From: a bacterium
GTDB taxonomy: Bacteria > SZUA-182 > DTGQ01
DNA length: 64,000 nt
Assembly (NCBI GenBank): GCA_023512255.1
Contig: JAILZY010000006.1
Location: forward strand, 13,585-77,584
Direction: 5' to 3'
The notes beneath the pieces are model-generated. The model was not told the origin of the DNA, ran no database searches, and worked only from the letters and a program-made list of their open reading frames with translations. Positions 1 to 8,963 of this stretch are shown piece after piece (the first letter of the stretch is position 1; every line of letters starts with the position of its first letter). Made by a program: the position numbers and the translations under genes.

Positions 1-1250
1 AGGATCAGGAATGTTCCTCAGGAAAAATTCTGAAGACGCGAAGGTATATTCCAGGCATTTATCTGCGGGAAGCGATAACTAACCAGTTGCTTCAGGGACG
101 ATCCAGTCTAAATCGCTGCTTTGATCAACTATTCTGCGACTCTCACCGCTGGGGAATGGAGATTGTCTTTCCTAATTGCTATCCCAATCTCAATGCCTAT
201 ACCTTTCCTATGCTCCTTCCAGCCACAGCCAAAAGCTGCCGATGGAAGCCTGGCTTCATTGAAGATAGCAGTGTAGATGAGCAGCACGGAGTCTTTGATA
301 CCCTGCTGAATCAGATCATATTTCAGCAGGTGCTGGCTTCCTCTATTAAAAGTGGCCGCCCCTCCAGAAGCCTTACCCTTATTCAGGATGCCTACCACAG
401 GCTCATCGAGCAAGGAACCCTCTATTGCAACATTTGCCATGAGGTCGCCAATGCCTACCAGGTTGAATATGCCAAACCTCACGGCAATTTCAGACAGATT
501 CCTATCCGAACCTACTGGCAGCAGCCAGAATCGGCCCTCTCGAGCAGTCGCATAACTGCCGCCGCCTCTTTCGCTCATCATCGAAAGCAGCAGCAGGGGC
601 GATGTATTGAATTTATCAGTGAGCGGACCTGGTTTCTTGGCTTTTCCTTTCTTCCCACTTCTCTGGTTGATCTGTATAAGGAGTCCCTTGAGAGTATCAC
701 CCATCTTGGGGAAGGGAGCGGACAGAGAATAGGGAGGGTTGAGATTACAGTGCGCGAAATTGAAGATCATGAGTTATCCTTACGGCAGAGGGCCTTAAAG
801 CTTAACCAGAAATACCACAGGATTCAGAAGGAATACTCGCTTGGCCGAACGGATGCGTTGATCACGGTTAACATCCAGTCTGAAACCATTCTAAGAGACC
901 AAAATGGCAGACCGCTCACCAAGCTAAGCTCATCTTTCCTGGCAGAAACCATACAGCGGATTTACCGCCAGATTGCAGGTGAGGATCTTTCTGCCGAGGA
1001 GGCAGCCTGTCAGGAGGTAGTCTCTTTTTCGCGGCCTGTGTACACAGGTGGATGGAAATCAAGCCGTGAGGCCACAATAGCCATAGCCAGAGGAAGCGTA
1101 TTTGTTTTTTCTTTCCCTAACTTGAGCCCAAAACTTTTCCTGGCTCTCGATCATCTTGAAAAACATGGCCTCGGTGAAAAACGGGGTGAGGGGTATGGCC
1201 AGATTCTAATTTGCGATCCCTTCCACCTAGAAGTAGGCGGCGTGGTGTAA
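1..1250 (+). CDS. csx10: CRISPR-associated RAMP protein, Csx10 family (type III-D); 5' end lies outside the window
   Basis: The frame is open from position 3 (DQECSSGKILKTRRYIPGIYLREAI), giving the RAMP N-terminal YIPG motif. It has an internal G-rich loop (GEGSGQRIGRVEI), a second RAMP unit (GGW...ARGSVFVF) and a C-terminal G-loop GLGEKRGEGYGQILICDPFH. This double-RAMP layout is typical of Csx10. Confidence 0.78.
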   Translation, partial: DQECSSGKILKTRRYIPGIYLREAITNQLLQGRSSLNRCFDQLFCDSHRWGMEIVFPNCYPNLNAYTFPMLLPATAKSCRWKPGFIEDSSVDEQHGVFDTLLNQIIFQQVLASSIKSGRPSRSLTLIQDAYHRLIEQGTLYCNICHEVANAYQVEYAKPHGNFRQIPIRTYWQQPESALSSSRITAAASFAHHRKQQQGRCIEFISERTWFLGFSFLPTSLVDLYKESLESITHLGEGSGQRIGRVEITVREIEDHELSLRQRALKLNQKYHRIQKEYSLGRTDALITVNIQSETILRDQNGRPLTKLSSSFLAETIQRIYRQIAGEDLSAEEAACQEVVSFSRPVYTGGWKSSREATIAIARGSVFVFSFPNLSPKLFLALDHLEKHGLGEKRGEGYGQILICDPFHLEVGGVV

Positions 1251-1257
1251 CCACTGA

Positions 1258-1483
1258 TGAGGTTTTTGGAGGCTTGCGGTGCCAGCTTTTCTCCTCCTAC
1301 CTTTTCTCCTCCACAAAAAGCAAGGCAGGCAAATCCAGCCACCTGCTTTAGACCTGCTTTACTTTCTTCTTGTTTCCTTGCTACTTCGTTTTGAGGTTTT
1401 TAGAGGCTTGTGGTGCCAGCTTTTCTCCTCCTACCTTTTCTCCTCCACAAAAAGCAAGGCAGGCAAATCCAGCCACCTGCTTT
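1258..1483. repeat. 92-bp direct repeat (1258-1349 and 1392-1483, 2 mismatches) duplicating the 3' end of the MEMO1-family gene
   Basis: Direct sequence comparison: tgaggttttt(g/a)gaggcttg(c/t)ggtgccagc...ccacctgcttt occurs twice, 134 bp apart. Confidence 0.95.
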
Positions 1484-2394
1484 CTCGCTCTGGTGGTGTA
1501 GCCTGAATTTTGGTACTCAATGAGCTGAGGAGACCATTGTTTCTGTCTAGCTATCTCCATAAGAGTGGCTATGGAAGCTCTGCCGCAGGCCTCTGATGAG
1601 GACAAGGTTTTGAAATCAAATGAGGTTATGGCTTTGATGGTTTTTTGATCCACAGAAGATGCCTGATCAAAAGGGTAGCCTTCGGATAGATCCGAGCTAG
1701 CGATAATTAGGCATTCTTCAGTCAGGTATGGCAAAATCTGCCTAGCTAAAGTTGTCGGCTCAACCTTTTGGCCAACCAGGATGGGAACAAGCTCAAAACT
1801 CTTTACGGTCTGCTGGAGAAACGGAAGTTGCATCTCAATGGAGCGATCGGTAGCCTCGCCCTTAGGAGGAGCAACAAACCCAGGCTGTTGGCTTAGTTTG
1901 GCAGCTATGGATGAGAGCGGTATTTCTCCGAGGGGAGTCCGGTATGACTTTATGGCTGGGATAAAGGCACCAGAGACCTTACCCTTTTGGTGGACCGGAC
2001 CGAGGATAAAAACCCTCTTAATCGGCAAAGTTAATTGCTTGTAGCCTGCCGCGGCCACGATACCAGAGGAGAGGTATCCGTGATGGGGACAGATGAGGCC
2101 AAAGATTCTTCCCCGAACCTTGGCTCCTGAGGCCGCGGACAAAAGTCGCTGGATTATGAGTCGAAGGGTAAGCGGATCAGGAGGATAAAAACGGCTAGAA
2201 GCTTCTGGGCTGGCTTTGGAAGTGGTGGTGGATTGAGCTACAGCAGCTTTTCCTACTGCTCCGCCTGCTGCTGCCCTAGACTCTTTGGCCGCAGCTTGCC
2301 TGTTGTTTAAGGCTAGCGGAGAGGTGAAATTTGCCGCCCTGAGAAGCAAAAATCCTGCTAATGATAAAATAATCACCTGCCATCGATGGATCAT
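1381..2394 (-). CDS. MEMO1-family protein (AmmeMemoRadiSam system protein B-like) with N-terminal hydrophobic segment
   Basis: Motifs PHHGY, ILGPVH, SIEMQLPFLQ, IIASSDLS and ACG match the MEMO1 family pattern. N-terminal signal/TM segment (VIILSLAGFLLL) is followed by an Ala/Ser/Thr-rich linker. Confidence 0.85.
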   Translation of the reverse strand: MIHRWQVIILSLAGFLLLRAANFTSPLALNNRQAAAKESRAAAGGAVGKAAVAQSTTTSKASPEASSRFYPPDPLTLRLIIQRLLSAASGAKVRGRIFGLICPHHGYLSSGIVAAAGYKQLTLPIKRVFILGPVHQKGKVSGAFIPAIKSYRTPLGEIPLSSIAAKLSQQPGFVAPPKGEATDRSIEMQLPFLQQTVKSFELVPILVGQKVEPTTLARQILPYLTEECLIIASSDLSEGYPFDQASSVDQKTIKAITSFDFKTLSSSEACGRASIATLMEIARQKQWSPQLIEYQNSGYTTRARKQVAGFACLAFCGGEKVGGEKLAPQASKNLKTK

Positions 2395-2620
2395 TTTCTT
2401 ACTCCTTCAAAAGCCACTATACTCGTTCAAGTTAGGTTTTGATTGGCATGAATATTGATAATCACGCCGAGAACATATTTTTTAGGTTTTAAAAAGCCAC
2501 TAGGTTTTATTAAATGGGAGGCTCTTTCTCTGGCTATGATAGGGGGATCATCCCTTATTTATTGCGCCGCGGCTTGGTAAGTCAGAGCTAGTTGTCGCCT
2601 GGCCTACTGCCGCGGGATTT

Positions 2621-3154
2621 TCACTTATTGCGCCGCGGCTTGAGTCTTTTCCGATAGACGTATAGCCCCATGATGAGAAGGGTGCATGAAAATAAGGACA
2701 TTGCCAGGTACAGCTTGGATATCATGACTGGATGAGGCCGCCTTGCTCCAGGCCGAATTATTTTTAATGCCTCAGCGTGAATATCCAGCTCTCCCCCATG
2801 TTGGGGACATGCCCGGTGGAAGGTGCCGATAATTTCAACCATGTCCCCGCTATATCTATAGTCTCCGACATATCGGATGGATTTGACGAGCTCGGTCGGG
2901 CAATAGACTCCAAGGGCCTGAGAGCCGTCATTGACATTGATCCAACAATGCGTGCCACGGAGCATGATATCTCCAATCACTTCTCCACGAAATCGAACAA
3001 GTTGCCGATCCCATTGTTTGCTCTGGCGAAGGAGAGTGTCGCTGGACAGAAGCCTTGCTGTTGCCTGAGCAGGGCAGGAGGAAAGGGTGATGATCGAAAG
3101 AGCGATCAGGGCTGTGATGAGAAAAAGAATCGGTTTGTGCCTACTCACATTCAT
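2621..3154 (-). CDS. Exported, membrane-anchored protein with probable OB-fold, translationally coupled to trkH
   Basis: Signal peptide or lipobox (LSSC / AQA), beta-rich core (VRFRGEVIGD...GDMVEIIGTF), C-terminal TM plus basic tail. ATGA overlap with the trkH stop. Confidence 0.65.
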   Translation of the reverse strand: MNVSRHKPILFLITALIALSIITLSSCPAQATARLLSSDTLLRQSKQWDRQLVRFRGEVIGDIMLRGTHCWINVNDGSQALGVYCPTELVKSIRYVGDYRYSGDMVEIIGTFHRACPQHGGELDIHAEALKIIRPGARRPHPVMISKLYLAMSLFSCTLLIMGLYVYRKRLKPRRNK

Positions 3155-4653
3155 CGCCCCTTTGCCTGAGCCCAGATAAAGCCTAGCAGAGCAAAAATCG
3201 ACATAAATTCAAGCCTTCCGGCCCACATCATGAAGATATAGACCATCTTCATCACTGAGGGCATGGCTGCGCAGGTCAAGCCGCAAGAGAGGCCGCTATT
3301 GCTGCCCGCAGAGATAGAATCAAAGAGTGAAGGCAAAAGGGGATATCCATAGAAGAGCCCAACTACAGCCCCAAGGAGATATATACCCATGTAAGAGATA
3401 GTGATCAGGCTTGCGGCCCGCACATGGCGGTCTTCTAGGACCACATCCCGAATGTGGTGGAATTTATGGATGATTATTGCCGAATCAGGGGAAAAGATTC
3501 GATGGATATCGTTGATTAAGGCCTTAAAGAGAATACCCACCCGCAGGCCCTTGATCCCGCCAGCCGTGGAGCAGGCGCTGCCGCCAATAGACATGGCGAT
3601 CATAATGCCTATAGCCGCCAGGAGGTTCCAATGATTGACAAATTGCACAGCATAGACAGTCATGTTGCCAGTCGTGGTGTGAGCTGAAACTATCTGATAT
3701 AAGCAGCGGCGAAGCAAAGCGAAAACATTAGGATAGGCGAAGGCTTGCATCAAGCCGAGAAAGCTGAGGATACAGGTGATGGTAACCGTAGTTGAAAAGG
3801 AAACCGTTTCGATGTTACGGCGCACCTCATGGTAATTCCCCTGCCAGATCGAATAATGGAGAGCGAAATTGTAGGAGCCAATAACAAAGATAATAATGGT
3901 GATAAATTCGACCAGAGGACTATGATAGTAGAGGAGATTTTGGGTTTGGGGAGCAAATCCTCCAGTGCTCCAAGAACCCATGAAGATCCACAGTCCATGC
4001 AGCAGGGATCTGATCGGCGACATTCCAGCCAGCATATTAGCCACAAACAGCATAGCTCCGCCCACAGCCAGATAGGTCAGGCTGATCATCCAGATAGCCC
4101 TGGCTGTTTGGATGACATTGGGCATAAGGCGCTCGTCTTTGCCCTCTCCCACATACAGACGGTAAGCCCCGGCTGTTCCCTTGAACAAAAAGGTAATGGC
4201 CACTACGATCATGCCCTGGCCACCAAGGTAGGTTAAGAGATGCCGCCACATGTTCAGACCATGAGAGACATGATCTAGGTCTTGAATCAAGACCAGCCCA
4301 GTAGTGGTGTAGCCACTCATAATATCAAAACAGGCATCTAGGTAGGAGAGAAAGTGCCCGCTCAGATAATGGGGAATAGCTCCCAGTAGGGTAGCCAATA
4401 CCCAGGAAAAGGCAGCAGTAACCATGCCGTGCATCCAGAGCAGATCACGGTCAGTCTCACAGAGCATTATCAAACCAAGGCCAGTGATAAAGCAAGCGCA
4501 GATGCCAATGACAAAGTCGAGGGCCGGACCCCATTCGGCAAACAGGAGTGAGGTCAGCAGGGGCACGACCATGACCAGTCCTACGCCAATGATGATCTTT
4601 CCCGTATAGTAGCCGATTATTTTATAATCGTTCTTGTGAGGTCGAAGTAGCAT
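3151..4653 (-). CDS. trkH: Trk potassium uptake membrane protein TrkH
   Basis: Multi-TM protein with four pore-loop motifs (SGYTTTG, GSWSTGG, SAHTTTG, SAGSNSG), GGSACSTAGGIK and C-terminal MWAGRLEF. Confidence 0.93.
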   Translation of the reverse strand: MLLRPHKNDYKIIGYYTGKIIIGVGLVMVVPLLTSLLFAEWGPALDFVIGICACFITGLGLIMLCETDRDLLWMHGMVTAAFSWVLATLLGAIPHYLSGHFLSYLDACFDIMSGYTTTGLVLIQDLDHVSHGLNMWRHLLTYLGGQGMIVVAITFLFKGTAGAYRLYVGEGKDERLMPNVIQTARAIWMISLTYLAVGGAMLFVANMLAGMSPIRSLLHGLWIFMGSWSTGGFAPQTQNLLYYHSPLVEFITIIIFVIGSYNFALHYSIWQGNYHEVRRNIETVSFSTTVTITCILSFLGLMQAFAYPNVFALLRRCLYQIVSAHTTTGNMTVYAVQFVNHWNLLAAIGIMIAMSIGGSACSTAGGIKGLRVGILFKALINDIHRIFSPDSAIIIHKFHHIRDVVLEDRHVRAASLITISYMGIYLLGAVVGLFYGYPLLPSLFDSISAGSNSGLSCGLTCAAMPSVMKMVYIFMMWAGRLEFMSIFALLGFIWAQAKGR

Positions 4654-4838
4654 CAGGGTTAAAAGCCTCTTGCTGGGATAAAGAGGTCTTTAGAAGAATA
4701 GAAGTTTTAAGGCTAAAGCAATGATTGATGATATCAATACCAAAGCCAGGGGAAGGGATGACTCGATGAGCATTCCCCATATCGACAGCATAATCTTTCG
4801 CCCTAAGGCTTGCGAATTAGTTTGGTCCATAAGCAATC

Positions 4839-5507
4839 TTAATCCTCCAGCTTTCCTACCAGGATACTAAAGGCCTCCCGTTCATTTTCAATTGTAGTCA
4901 AGGCCACTACTTCATCTCCTTCCATCAGCAGGGTATCACCACTTGGAATGAGCAGATCTTCGCCCCGCAGAATGGATACCAGCACACAGTCTTTGGGCAG
5001 CTTAATGTCTCGCAATTTCTTATTCGTAACCGGCGAGGTGGGTGGAAGATCAACCCTCACAATGGCTAACTTGCCTTTTTTAAAGGTAAATAAGGGCAGG
5101 ATATCCTCCAGGGTAGTTTCCTCCGCAATAATTTTGGCGATGATCGAGGTGCTGTTGACCGGAACATCAATTCCTAACTGGCTAAATGAAGACTCATTCA
5201 GGGGATCATTGACTCTGGCCACTGTCCTCCTGATAGCAAAAGACCTTTGAGCCACCTGGCAGGCGATGAGATTATCCTCATCACTGCCGGTTACCGCAGC
5301 CAGAACATCAGCCCGCTCAATTCCAGCCTCCCGAAGATATCTTTTTTCACAGCCATTGCCATTGATCACCAGAACATTAAGCCGCTCAGCGATATATTGA
5401 CAGCGGTCCTCATCCTTTTCAATAACCACTACCGTATGGTTATCCGCAGCTAGGGATTTGGCCAGATGATAGCCTACCTTTCCACCTCCTACCAGAATAA
5501 TATACAT
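4839..5507 (-). CDS. trkA: Trk potassium uptake NAD-binding subunit (short RCK_N+RCK_C TrkA)
   Basis: MYIILVGGGKVG Rossmann motif, AVTGSDEDNL, and a C-terminal RCK_C domain (LVSILRGEDLLIPSGDT). Confidence 0.9.
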   Translation of the reverse strand: MYIILVGGGKVGYHLAKSLAADNHTVVVIEKDEDRCQYIAERLNVLVINGNGCEKRYLREAGIERADVLAAVTGSDEDNLIACQVAQRSFAIRRTVARVNDPLNESSFSQLGIDVPVNSTSIIAKIIAEETTLEDILPLFTFKKGKLAIVRVDLPPTSPVTNKKLRDIKLPKDCVLVSILRGEDLLIPSGDTLLMEGDEVVALTTIENEREAFSILVGKLED

Positions 5508-5663
5508 TCGATCCAGTGCCTCTTAATACTAAGATTTTAATTTTTTAATATAATTTTCTAATTTGTTGAATTTATTTTCCATTCAGTTATAGATTATAGA
5601 TATAGAGCTTGCATAGAGCTTGCATATTGGTACATCATTCAAGGGGATCATGGCCATTGCAAA

Positions 5664-6332
5664 CTAAAGTTTCGGTTGATTAAAGGCAGGACCAAGGAGG
5701 TCAAGAACTTCATTCCGCTTAGCCTGATTCAAGAGGCACAAAAGCGTGTCCTCTTTTCGCACCACCATATCTGGAGTGGGCATGAGCAGGTTTGAGCCAT
5801 TTTTGCAAGTAATGATGGTAAACACGCCTGGAACATTTAAGTTGCCATATTTTTTGCCGATAATTTTCTCATGCGATGGAACTTCCACTAACTCAAGCCG
5901 CCCTTCATATCCCCGATAACAAACGCGCAGGGAATCCTCAATAAAGCGGTCCCTGACTAACTGTGAAATCAGCACTGTAGTACTGATAATATCGAACCCA
6001 AAGTCCCGCAGGGTATCAGCCAGCTCCGGATCGTAGATTTTAGCTATGACCCGCTTTACCTGGTAAATCTTTTTGGCTATTTGAGCCATCATGGCGTTGC
6101 TGGTATCCGAATTGGTCATCAGGGCAATCCCATGAGCCTTTTGAATTCCAGCCTCTTCAAGCAGATTGCGGTCAGTACCGTTGCCTTGATAAGTGAGCCC
6201 GTTGAACAGAGAACCAAGGCGCTGAAAGGCCTGTTTATCCTTATCAATAACTACGATATCATGTCCTTCTTCGGACAATTGGTTGGCTAGCCTTGATCCT
6301 GATCTGCCGCAGCCGACAATAATGATGTACAT
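5664..6332 (-). CDS. trkA: Second short TrkA-family NAD-binding subunit
   Basis: MYIIIVGCGRSG motif, MTNSDTSN, RVIAKIYDP. Start moved to 6332 because AAGGGGAG lies just upstream. Confidence 0.88.
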   Translation of the reverse strand: MYIIIVGCGRSGSRLANQLSEEGHDIVVIDKDKQAFQRLGSLFNGLTYQGNGTDRNLLEEAGIQKAHGIALMTNSDTSNAMMAQIAKKIYQVKRVIAKIYDPELADTLRDFGFDIISTTVLISQLVRDRFIEDSLRVCYRGYEGRLELVEVPSHEKIIGKKYGNLNVPGVFTIITCKNGSNLLMPTPDMVVRKEDTLLCLLNQAKRNEVLDLLGPAFNQPKL

Positions 6333-6600
6333 TGCAAGACTCCCCTTTTTGCTGCCCTCATCTTTCGGCATCTGGCATTTTCTGCCTTGCCTACGAGGGT
6401 AAAATAATAAAATGAATTATAAGCCTTGCAATTTAAAAAATCAATAGATGTTGTTTTCTGAAAGATGTCTTTTCTGTCTTGAACAGAGGGTCTTTTTGTT
6501 TTATTATTTATGACTATTATATTTTATCTTATGGTTGCTGGTTTTTCTCCTCGAATTGCGGACCAAAGATTCGGGGAAAGAGATGGTAAGGAGAATGATG

Positions 6601-8775
6601 ATGCCAAGAATTGGTGGAATTTTTGTTACCGGCACCGACACCGGAGTGGGGAAAACCATTGTCGCGGCTGGTCTAGCCTTGGGTATGAAACGCCGCGGGT
6701 GGCAGGTAGGGGTTATGAAGCCCATTCAGACCGGTGCTGCCGAGCGCGGCGGGGAAAGAGGAGAGCTGTATTCGCCCGATGCCGAATTTATCCAAGCAGC
6801 TTTGGCAGGTGGAGGTAAATTGAAAGATAGCCCTGGCGAGCCTGAAGCCGGCGTTGCCCACTCCCCATTCCCCTTCAATCCTCACACTCCCTATGTGTTG
6901 AGGGAGCCTCTGGCACCTCTTGTTTGCGCCCGACTGGAAGGGTTAGAAATAGAGCCTGAGCGAATCATCAAGGCCAGCCAGTGGATGGAAGAGCACTACT
7001 CTTACCTGGTGATTGAGGGAGCAGGAGGGGTGCTGGTGCCTATCTGCCGAAATTATTTTATGATTGACCTGATTAAAGAGCTTGGCTTCCCAGTGGTTGT
7101 AGTAGCCAGGGCCTCCCTTGGCACTATCAACCATACGCTCCTTACCCTTGAGGCCCTGCGTAGTCGACAAATTAAGGTCCTTGGAGTGGTTCTCAATCAG
7201 CCGACTCCATCCCAGTCAGGTATCTGTGAGCAGACTAATCCCGAGGTCATCCAATCCCTTGGGCAGGTCGATCTTCTGGGAGTTTTGCCCCACTCGCCAG
7301 CCATAAGTCTGGAGAAGGGAGAGGTCGGCAATCTGGAAGAGCTGGTCCAAAAGCACCTTGATCTTGAGCCTCTTATCAGAGCGCTGGAGAGACCTTCCTC
7401 TCCCCTACCCTATTTACAGCGTCGTCGCTCCGCTTTGCTCAAGGAACTTGACAGGCGATACCTTTGGCATCCTTTTACCCAGATGCAGGAGTGGACCAGG
7501 GGAGAAGATCTGCTGGTAATTGAGCGGGGGGATGGAGTATACCTAGAGGATTCTGACGGCAGGCGATATATTGATGGAGTGGCTAGCCTTTGGACTAACG
7601 TCCACGGCCATCGCAAGAGAGAAATCGATCAGGCCATCGAGGATCAGCTGACCCGAATTGGGCACTCTACTCTGCTTGGCCTAACCCATGCTCCGGCCAT
7701 AGAGCTAGCCGAGCGTCTTATCAAAATCGCGCCGGCAGGCTTGAGCCGGGTTTTCTACTCAGATAACGGGGCCACAGCCTGCGAAATCGCTCTGAAGATG
7801 GCCTTTCAGTACTGGCAGCAGCAGGGTGAGGTTGAAAGAGCTAGTTTTGTCTACTTTGAAAACAGCTATCATGGCGATACTCTCGGAGCGGTCAGTGTCG
7901 GCGGCATTGACCTATTCCATCGGCTGTATAAGCCACTGCTTTTTCAAGCCGTTCGCTCGCCTTCTCCCTACTGCTATCGCTGCCCCCACCAGCTTGATCC
8001 CTTATCGTGCGGGCTTCGCTGTCTGGATGATCTTGAGCGTATTTTTAAGAAGCAGGCCGATAGAATCTGCGCCCTGATCATCGAGCCCTGCGTGCAGGGT
8101 GCCGGCGGCATGTTGGTTGCCCCATCCGGTTTTTTACGCCGAGTGCGGGATCTGTGCGACCAATACCAAGTGCTGATGATCGCCGATGAAGTCGCGGTCG
8201 GCTTTGGCCGCACTGGCAAGATGTTTGCCTGCGAGCATGAAGATGTCCAGCCAGATATCTTGTGTCTAGCCAAGGGGATCACCGGCGGATACCTTCCCTT
8301 GGCTGCTACCCTGACCACAGAGAGAATCTATGCTGGCTTTTTGGGAGACTACAGCCAGAAGCGGACCTTTTTCCATGGCCATACCTATACAGGAAACCCA
8401 CTAGCCTGTCGGGCTGCCTTGGCCAATCTAGATATCTTTGACCGAGAGCGGGTGATCGAGCGGGTTCAGGAAAGATCAAGGCAGCTAGCCGAAGGGCTTG
8501 GCCGCTTGTGGGAACTTGAGCACGTCGGAGATATACGGCAAAAGGGCCTCTTGGCCGGCATTGAGCTAGTCAGAGACAAATCGAGCCGCGATGCTTATAA
8601 ATTTGAAGAGAAGATCGGCATCAGGGTCATTCAAAAGGCTCGCACCATGGGGGTGATTCTCCGTCCCTTGGGTGATGTGATTGTGCTCATGCCCCCCTTG
8701 TCCATCAGCGCCAGAGAACTCGATGAGCTTGTGTCAGTTACCTTCGAGGCTATCAGGCAGGTTACGGAAGGGTAA
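6601..8775 (+). CDS. bioD-bioA: Fused dethiobiotin synthase / adenosylmethionine-8-amino-7-oxononanoate aminotransferase
   Basis: N-terminal BioD (FVTGTDTGVGKT, IEGAGG, LGTINHTLLT) is in frame with BioA (LWHPFTQM, YHGDT, IADEVAVGFGRTG, LAKGITGGYLP). Start chosen from the AAGGAG RBS; ATGs at 6595 and 6598 are alternatives. Confidence 0.93.
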   Translation: MPRIGGIFVTGTDTGVGKTIVAAGLALGMKRRGWQVGVMKPIQTGAAERGGERGELYSPDAEFIQAALAGGGKLKDSPGEPEAGVAHSPFPFNPHTPYVLREPLAPLVCARLEGLEIEPERIIKASQWMEEHYSYLVIEGAGGVLVPICRNYFMIDLIKELGFPVVVVARASLGTINHTLLTLEALRSRQIKVLGVVLNQPTPSQSGICEQTNPEVIQSLGQVDLLGVLPHSPAISLEKGEVGNLEELVQKHLDLEPLIRALERPSSPLPYLQRRRSALLKELDRRYLWHPFTQMQEWTRGEDLLVIERGDGVYLEDSDGRRYIDGVASLWTNVHGHRKREIDQAIEDQLTRIGHSTLLGLTHAPAIELAERLIKIAPAGLSRVFYSDNGATACEIALKMAFQYWQQQGEVERASFVYFENSYHGDTLGAVSVGGIDLFHRLYKPLLFQAVRSPSPYCYRCPHQLDPLSCGLRCLDDLERIFKKQADRICALIIEPCVQGAGGMLVAPSGFLRRVRDLCDQYQVLMIADEVAVGFGRTGKMFACEHEDVQPDILCLAKGITGGYLPLAATLTTERIYAGFLGDYSQKRTFFHGHTYTGNPLACRAALANLDIFDRERVIERVQERSRQLAEGLGRLWELEHVGDIRQKGLLAGIELVRDKSSRDAYKFEEKIGIRVIQKARTMGVILRPLGDVIVLMPPLSISARELDELVSVTFEAIRQVTEG

Positions 8776-8963
8776 ATCAGGTTATGGAAGGATAAAATTA
8801 CGGGAGAATAAATAAAGCTTTTAATGCTTCCGATGGCCAGACCCTTATGAGGCGAAAAAATAAGTATAGTGCCTCAAAAACGGTAAGTGTCCTATTCATA
8901 AAGGCTTATAATTTGACAGAGCATTTTCCATCGAATTAGAAAAAGTTTGAGGAGGATAAGGGT

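Noticed and set aside
129-770. 213-aa antisense ORF and other long shadow ORFs (e.g. 28493-29020, 33057-33476, 50745-51272, 51336-52136)
   Set aside because: They lie wholly or largely opposite well-supported genes and show no recognisable motifs.
1258-1483. CRISPR array next to csx10
   Set aside because: Only two copies, 92 bp long, and one is the coding end of the MEMO gene; this is not repeat-spacer architecture.
2621-3154. Cytoplasmic DNA-binding OB-fold protein
   Set aside because: A signal peptide and C-terminal TM anchor put the domain outside the cytoplasm.
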